Assembly (NCBI GenBank): GCA_965223345.1
Contig: CBDCWG010000012.1
Coordinates: 2,368,001-2,432,000, forward strand
DNA: 64,000 nt
Direction of reading: 5' to 3'
Source: Nitrospinales bacterium
GTDB lineage: Bacteria; Nitrospinota; Nitrospinia; Nitrospinales; VA-1
The notes below the pieces were generated by a model. It had not been told where the DNA came from. It worked only from the letters and a program-made list of their open reading frames with translations, and searched no databases. The position numbers were made by a program, and so were the translations under genes. Below are positions 53,637 to 64,000 of this stretch, one piece after another; the first letter of the stretch is position 1, and every line of letters begins with the position of its first letter.

Positions 53637-55192
53637 GGCCCGGGCACCTCGCCGCCGGACACCGGGCCCGACTTGGACTTGATCAGCAGCTTGTTGATCG
53701 CGTTCACATAGGCGAAGCCGCTGGCCTCGACGGTGTTGACGCCCGCGCCTTTACCCAGCACTTCCCGGCCCTCGTGGCTCACGCGCACGGTGACCTCGCC
53801 CTGGGCATCCTTGCCGCGGGTTTTCGACATCACCTGGTAGTCGAGCAGCTTGCAGGACAGGCCGGTTATCTTGTCGATGGCGTTGTAGAGCGCATCCACC
53901 GGCCCGTCGCCCTGGGCGGTGGCGGTGTGCTTCTTGCCGTCGCGGCTGATCAATTCGACGGAGCCCTCGGGCACCACCCCGGTTTCAAACCCGCTGGTGA
54001 TCTTTTCCAGCCGGTAGGTGTTGAGCTTTTCCTCGGTCCAACGCTGTTTCTGGATCAGGGTCAGGATGTCGTCCTCGAAGATGTCCTTCTTCTCATCCGC
54101 GAGGATCTTGAACTCCTTGAACACCGCGTCCAGCTCTTCCTTTGTCAGCTCGTAACCCAGGTTTTTCAGGGTGTGGTCCAGGGCGTTGCGCCCGCTGTGC
54201 TTGCCCATCACCAGCTCCGAGTCTTCGACGCCCACGTCTTTCGGGTCCATGATCTCAAAGGTGTCCTTCTTTTTGAGGAAGCCGTGCTGGTGGATTCCCG
54301 ATTCGTGCGCGAAGGCGTTCTTGCCGACGATCGCCTTGTTGCGCTGCACGAAAAATCCCGTGAGGCTGCTCACCAGCTTGCTGCAAGCCTGGATGTGGCG
54401 GGTTTCGATGCCGGACTCGACGCCGAAAAAGTCCCGCCGGGTGCGCAGCGCCATCACGATCTCCTCCATGGCGGCGTTGCCGGCGCGTTCGCCGATGCCG
54501 TTGACGGTGCACTCCACCTGGCGCGCGCCCGCCTGCACCGCGGCCAGCGAATTGGCCACCGCCAGCCCGAGGTCGTTGTGGCAGTGCACGCTGATGACGG
54601 CGCGGTCGATGCCCGGGACGTTTTCCCGGATGTGGCCGATCAGGCTGGAGAACTCACCCGGCACCGTGTAGCCCACCGTGTCGGGAATGTTGACCGTCGT
54701 GGCCCCCGCGTCGATCACCGCCTGCAGGACCTCGCACAGGAAATCCCGCTCGGTGCGGGACGCGTCCATCGGCGAGAACTCGATGTCGTCGCAGTGCTTC
54801 TTGCCGAAACGCACCGATTTCACGGCCATGTCGATGATCTCCTCCTTGGCCTTCTGCACCATGTGGACCCGGTGCGTCTTGGAGGTGGAGAGAAAAATAT
54901 GGATGCGCGGCGCTTCGGCGTTTTCCAGCGCGCGCGCCGTGGCTTCGATGTCTTTTTCCAAAGCCCGCGCCAGTCCCGCGATGCTGGAGCCCTTGATCTC
55001 CTGCGCGATCTGCTTGACCGATTCGAAATCCCCGGGAGAAGCCGCCGGAAAGCCCGCTTCGATCACGTCCACCTTTAGCAGGGACAGTTGCCGGGCGATC
55101 TCAAGCTTCTCCTTGATATTCAGGCTCGCGCCGGGACATTGTTCCCCGTCTCGTAAGGTGGTGTCGAAGATGATGAGCTTTTCCGATTTCAT
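53633..55192 (-). CDS. leuA: 2-isopropylmalate synthase
   Basis: [22 protein letters not shown] and HESGIH motifs; regulatory domain GDGPVDA. Confidence 0.95.
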   Translation of the reverse strand: MKSEKLIIFDTTLRDGEQCPGASLNIKEKLEIARQLSLLKVDVIEAGFPAASPGDFESVKQIAQEIKGSSIAGLARALEKDIEATARALENAEAPRIHIFLSTSKTHRVHMVQKAKEEIIDMAVKSVRFGKKHCDDIEFSPMDASRTERDFLCEVLQAVIDAGATTVNIPDTVGYTVPGEFSSLIGHIRENVPGIDRAVISVHCHNDLGLAVANSLAAVQAGARQVECTVNGIGERAGNAAMEEIVMALRTRRDFFGVESGIETRHIQACSKLVSSLTGFFVQRNKAIVGKNAFAHESGIHQHGFLKKKDTFEIMDPKDVGVEDSELVMGKHSGRNALDHTLKNLGYELTKEELDAVFKEFKILADEKKDIFEDDILTLIQKQRWTEEKLNTYRLEKITSGFETGVVPEGSVELISRDGKKHTATAQGDGPVDALYNAIDKITGLSCKLLDYQVMSKTRGKDAQGEVTVRVSHEGREVLGKGAGVNTVEASGFAYVNAINKLLIKSKSGPVSGGEVPGP

Positions 55193-55217
55193 GGCTTGGG
55201 TACTCCTTTCTCTGTTG

Positions 55218-55265
55218 TCAATGGCACGCTTGCGTGCCTGGGGTGGGTGGATACGGGAATTTCAT
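55218..55265 (-). other. Candidate upstream leader ORF MKFPYPPTPGTQACH
   Basis: AAAGGAG SD followed by ATG; overlaps the hairpin ggcacgc-tt-gcgtgcc. Confidence 0.35.
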
Positions 55266-55357
55266 GGATCGGCTCCTTTGTTGTTGTCATGCAATGCAAA
55301 TAAATGGAACGATTTATTATAAACCGAAAGGCCGGGGCTGGGAAACTGTGGGTGGAA

Positions 55358-55999
55358 TCAGTGGATCGCCGATTCGACCCGGTATCCCGCCTTTTCGATG
55401 GCCTCGACCAGGGGGGCGGTGTCGCATAGATCCAGGCGGAATAGGTATAGCTGGTGGTCCTTCTTGGTGGGGTGGGGAGACATGCCGACGCTGATGATGT
55501 TGATGTCGTGGTTCTGGATGATCTCCGACACCGCGTCGATGTTGTCCGGGTGGTTTTCCATCTCCACATCGATGCGGGAGCTGGAATGGATGAGGCCCAT
55601 CATGTCCACGAACAAGCCGAGGATGTCCATGATGGAGAGGATGCCCACGACGCGCTCCCCGCGCACCACCGGAACGGCGCCGATCTTGTTCGTGTAGATC
55701 ATGAGGGCGGCGTCTTCGATGTTGGTCTCGGGCGATACGGTCAAGGGTGTTTCCGTCATGTAGCTGCTGATTGGCATGTTGTGCGGTTCGAGCGGCGTCG
55801 CCTGTCCCGGCTCGTCCGGGTTGGGATCGATGAACGCTCCGCGGATGTCGCTTTCGGTGATGATGCCCAAAAGGGTCCCGTCCTCCACCACCGGAAGGTG
55901 GCGTATGGAGTGGTTCACCATCAACCGCTGCGCTTCATGCAGCGACTGGTCCCTGCCGATCGTGATGAGGTCCTTCACCATCACTTCTTCGACGATCAT
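55358..55999 (-). CDS. CBS pair plus ACT-like domain protein (AcuB-like)
   Basis: IRHLPVV and IGAVPVV CBS motifs; C-terminal ACT-like domain; start trimmed to MIVEEVM. Confidence 0.85.
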   Translation of the reverse strand: MIVEEVMVKDLITIGRDQSLHEAQRLMVNHSIRHLPVVEDGTLLGIITESDIRGAFIDPNPDEPGQATPLEPHNMPISSYMTETPLTVSPETNIEDAALMIYTNKIGAVPVVRGERVVGILSIMDILGLFVDMMGLIHSSSRIDVEMENHPDNIDAVSEIIQNHDINIISVGMSPHPTKKDHQLYLFRLDLCDTAPLVEAIEKAGYRVESAIH

Positions 56000-56465
56000 C
56001 AGCGGTCTCCGTAAATGAGAGGGGAAACGGCGCGAAAGCGCGCTTCCCCTTTTTAACAGATTTTGCAGAGAGATGACAGGGGTTTGCGGATAATCTTTGC
56101 GCAAGCGCTCACTTTTCAGCGGCCCATGCCCAAGGGGGCCCAAATTTTCGCTGCAAGACCGGAGGGGCGAACGGCCTAAAAACCATTGCTTTTTGGGGCG
56201 GGGATGGGCTAGAGTGGTTGCCACCGGAGAGACATAGGATATTTTTTGTATGATTTTTTGTGTAGGTAAAGTACTCTGTTTTGGGGTTCCGTATCCACCT
56301 GCAAAATGAATTTGCAATTATTTCGAAGGTTTACAGCCCGAGGCACATTAATTGCTGCTGGGTTGTCTCTAATGGACGTTCAAACGCAGCATCCCACCCG
56401 GTGAGTCGTGAGGCGCCGCCTCCCTTTCGGGAACCCGACATAAACCAGCAATCGATTTTTTATCT

Positions 56466-61004
<4,539 letters not shown>

Positions 61005-61053
61005 AGCGATTCGGCCGGGTTTTAAAGAAAAACAAGCGAAGGATTTTTGATAG

Positions 61054-62520
61054 ATGGGTGCGACCAAAGGATTCATGGAGTTCGAACGGGAAACGCCGCC
61101 GGAACGGCCGGTCGCGGACCGTTTGAAGGATCAGAAAGAAGTCTACGAGGAATTTCCCGACAGCAAGTTCAGGGAGCAGGGCGCGCGCTGCATGGACTGC
61201 GGCGTTCCCTTCTGCCAGAGCAACACGGGCTGTCCGCTGGGGAACCTGATTCCCGACTGGAACGACATGGTCTACCGCGATCAATGGGAAGACGCGGTGG
61301 CCCTGCTGCTCAAGACCAACAACTTCCCCGAATTCACCGGCCGGGTCTGCCCCGCACCCTGCGAGGGCGCGTGTGTGCTCGGCATCACGGAACCGCCGGT
61401 CACCATCTGCAAAATCGAACAGGCCATCTCCGACAAGGGATTCGAAAAAGGCTACATCCGGCCGAATCCGCCGCAAAAGCGCACCGGCAAGCGCGTCGCC
61501 GTGGTGGGCTCGGGGCCGGCGGGGCTCGCCTGTGCGGCGCAGCTCAACCAGGTGGGCCATGAGGTCACGGTGTTCGAGAAGGACGACCGCATCGGCGGCC
61601 TGTTGATGTACGGCATCCCGCATTTCAAGCTGGAAAAGAGCGTTGTCCACCGGCGCATCGATCTGATGAAAGAAGAGGGCATCCTTTTCAAGACCGGCGT
61701 CAACGTGGGTGTGGACGTCAAGGTCAAGGCGCTGCGCAAGGAATTCGACGCGGTGGTGCTGTGCGGCGGCGCGCAGAAACCGCGCGATTTGCCGGTGGAG
61801 GGGCGCGATCTGGACGGCATTCATTTCGCGATGGATTTTCTGCCGCAACAGAACAAGCGCAACGAAGGCGACACCATTCCCGAAGAGATCGCCATCACCG
61901 CGAAGGACAAAAACGTGCTGATCATCGGCGGCGGCGACACGGGCTCCGACTGCCTCGGCACCTCGCTTCGGCAGGGCGCGAAATCGGTGCACCAGTTCGA
62001 GCTATTGCCGCAGCCTCCCGAGGAACGCGCCGCGGGCAATCCCTGGCCGTTGTGGCCGCAGATCTTCCGGGTCTCTTCCTCGCATGCGGAGGCGGAGCAG
62101 GAGGTGCGGGAATTCTGCGTCTCGACGAAAAAGTTCACCGGCGAAGGCGGCAAGGTGAAAAAAGTGCATGCGGTGAAGATCGAATTCGAACACGATCCCG
62201 AGAACGGCCGCCCCCGCATCGTGGAGGTGCCCGGCAGCGAGTTCGAGCTGGATGTCGAGCTCGTGCTGTTGGCGATGGGATTCGTGCACCCCATCCACGA
62301 AGGGATGATTCAGGATCTCAAGGTGAAGCTCGACGAACGCGGCAACGTGGCCTGCGATGCGAACAAGATGACCAGCGTCAAGGGCGTGTTCACCGCCGGT
62401 GACATGACGCGCGGCCAGTCGCTCGTGGTCTGGGCCATCGCCGAAGGGCGCGAAGCGGCGCGCGGCGTGGATCAGTTCCTCATGGGTCACACCGATCTGC
62501 CGCACAGCGAGTTTTTGTAG
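61054..62520 (+). CDS. gltD: Glutamate synthase small subunit
   Basis: RCMDCGVPFC, NNFPEFTGRVCP, GGGDTGSDC and RGQSLVVWAI motifs; follows gltB. Confidence 0.97.
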   Translation: MGATKGFMEFERETPPERPVADRLKDQKEVYEEFPDSKFREQGARCMDCGVPFCQSNTGCPLGNLIPDWNDMVYRDQWEDAVALLLKTNNFPEFTGRVCPAPCEGACVLGITEPPVTICKIEQAISDKGFEKGYIRPNPPQKRTGKRVAVVGSGPAGLACAAQLNQVGHEVTVFEKDDRIGGLLMYGIPHFKLEKSVVHRRIDLMKEEGILFKTGVNVGVDVKVKALRKEFDAVVLCGGAQKPRDLPVEGRDLDGIHFAMDFLPQQNKRNEGDTIPEEIAITAKDKNVLIIGGGDTGSDCLGTSLRQGAKSVHQFELLPQPPEERAAGNPWPLWPQIFRVSSSHAEAEQEVREFCVSTKKFTGEGGKVKKVHAVKIEFEHDPENGRPRIVEVPGSEFELDVELVLLAMGFVHPIHEGMIQDLKVKLDERGNVACDANKMTSVKGVFTAGDMTRGQSLVVWAIAEGREAARGVDQFLMGHTDLPHSEFL

Positions 62521-62576
62521 CCTTTTCTTTTTAAATTCACCTACCGGTCGGGCGCCCGCTTTTGAAAAGCCCGTTG

Positions 62577-63272
62577 CTATTTCCCCTGTGATTTGGACGC
62601 CTCGAACAGGTGCATGCCGATCAGGCGCGCGACCAGAATGGCGAGATAAAACTGTCCGGCGATCGCTTCCAGGGAAGAGATCAACTGGGCGGGTGGCGTC
62701 GTGGGGGCGATGTCGCCGTAGCCCAGGGTGGTGAGGGTGGTGTAGCTGTAGTAGAGAAAATGCAGGAACAGCCATTCGCCCTGCTGCCCGGCCTGCGCAA
62801 ACCCCGCTGCGTTGCCGGTGAACGAGTTGGGGGAGATGTTCTCCAATAGAGAATAGATGAACGCCCATTCCAGGCCGATCAGCATGTAAATGCAGATCGA
62901 ACCGAAGATCAGGTTGGCGTTGACCTTGCGTGCACGCAGGATGCCGAAGAACAGCACGACCAGGATGTATCCGAAGAACAGGATGGCGAAGATGTTCTCG
63001 ATGCCCGGTAAAAAATCCCAGAGCTCGGGAGAAAACGTGGTGCCCCAGTTCACCAGGAACGTCGGCACCGCGAGGATGATGGCGATGCTCAGGGATTTGC
63101 GGGTTTTTTTGAGAAACGGGACGATCGAAAACAGCAGCACCGCTGTGAAAAACAGGTTGAGGATGACGCGGGCGTAGGGCAGATCGTGGAAAAACGGCAC
63201 GATGACCAGTAGGGAAACCATGCACAAGAGCAGTCCGAGGAATCCGTGTTTGGGCCATTCGAAATGCGCCAT
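62577..63272 (-). CDS. Potassium channel family protein
   Basis: Selectivity filter TTLGYGD; TM helices. Confidence 0.88.
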   Translation of the reverse strand: MAHFEWPKHGFLGLLLCMVSLLVIVPFFHDLPYARVILNLFFTAVLLFSIVPFLKKTRKSLSIAIILAVPTFLVNWGTTFSPELWDFLPGIENIFAILFFGYILVVLFFGILRARKVNANLIFGSICIYMLIGLEWAFIYSLLENISPNSFTGNAAGFAQAGQQGEWLFLHFLYYSYTTLTTLGYGDIAPTTPPAQLISSLEAIAGQFYLAILVARLIGMHLFEASKSQGK

Positions 63273-63722
63273 GATTCCATCCCTATTTCAAAAAGCAGTT
63301 TTCAGTCGCTTTGTCACTCTTTAGGCTCATCGGGCGTCTCTTTGGGCGCGGTCATTTTGGCTGCTGCAAACGCCACCTTCCCCTGTTTTCCGGTATTTTC
63401 CCCTATTTTCTGAGATTTTTGGCTACAATTTCAGCGGATCGTTTTGACTTTCATTCTATTGGCAGGGGAAATGGTGTAAACTGTTGCCTTTTCGGGTCAA
63501 GACCGGATTTGCGCTTTCTTTTTTTCAAGCAGAAAGGACACGCATTCCAGGTTTGAGTTTCACTTTTTAACATAAGCTGTGGGTGTTTGACTCGTTCGGT
63601 TTGTGAGATCCGCCGCAGCACAAGCCAGCCGCGTTATTGACCATTTCGTTGGAGATGGGATGAAGCGGTTGTTTTTTTGTTTCTAAAACAAGAACAAATC
63701 ATTCTATACGAGTGCAATTTCG

Positions 63723-64000
63723 GTGAAGGTTCTTTCTCCTGAAGATCGCGATCAGGTTCGGCAAATTGTATTGAATGCCAGTGAACCCATTGCGCCGTTC
63801 TGGCCGATGCGGACCATGGTCGCGCAGAACCCCATTCATGGACTGGAATATCTGCCGTTTGATCAGGCTGTTCGAAAAGGCAAGGATCTGCTGGGTGGAA
63901 ACGGGTATCTCGCGAATGAGGAGTATCGTCAATTTTACCGGAATGGCCGTATAACCAAAGAAAGTTTTGAGCGCGCTTTTGCCAGGATCGGGCCTCGCCC
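63723..64000 (+). CDS. dabA: Second DabA (DUF2309) paralogue, 3'-truncated by the window end, absent from the ORF track
   Basis: GTG start; MKVLSPEDRDQVRQIVLNASEPIAPFWPMRTMVAQNPIHGLEYLPF..LLGGNGYLANEEYRQFYRNGRIT aligns with the N-terminus of the 44632-47880 DabA. Confidence 0.85.
   Translation, partial: MKVLSPEDRDQVRQIVLNASEPIAPFWPMRTMVAQNPIHGLEYLPFDQAVRKGKDLLGGNGYLANEEYRQFYRNGRITKESFERAFARIGPR

Noticed and set aside
56280..56465. Glutamine riboswitch upstream of gltB
   Set aside because: Only a CGTTCA fragment matches; the other conserved elements were not found by eye. An Rfam scan would settle it

Overview
Bacterial window, mostly GC-rich with a visibly AT-richer block at about 39.6-51.4 kb. 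The gene content suggests a chemolithoautotroph, possibly Nitrospina-like (inference only). Left part: envelope and accessory genes, an unlisted histone H1-like (Hc1-type) gene, and a Tes/MJ0619-like radical SAM-DUF547-MauE operon. Centre: a complete group 3b [NiFe]-hydrogenase operon with hypAFCDE (no hypB; HypA lacks its zinc finger), divergent from a flavodoxin-NfnAB electron-bifurcating transhydrogenase-P-type ATPase operon. Next come an antiporter/VIT/DUF211/c-type cytochrome cluster and a TPR/beta-barrel block. A DAB-type inorganic carbon pump operon lies between tRNA-Pro(CGG) and a degenerate copy of its 3' end (att-like scar). Right part: radical SAM, cmoA, leuA, gltBD, a K+ channel, and the 5' end of a second dabA paralogue missed by the ORF track. 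All family calls come from motifs recognised by eye, not from database searches. No CRISPR array, rRNA, transposase or integrase was seen.
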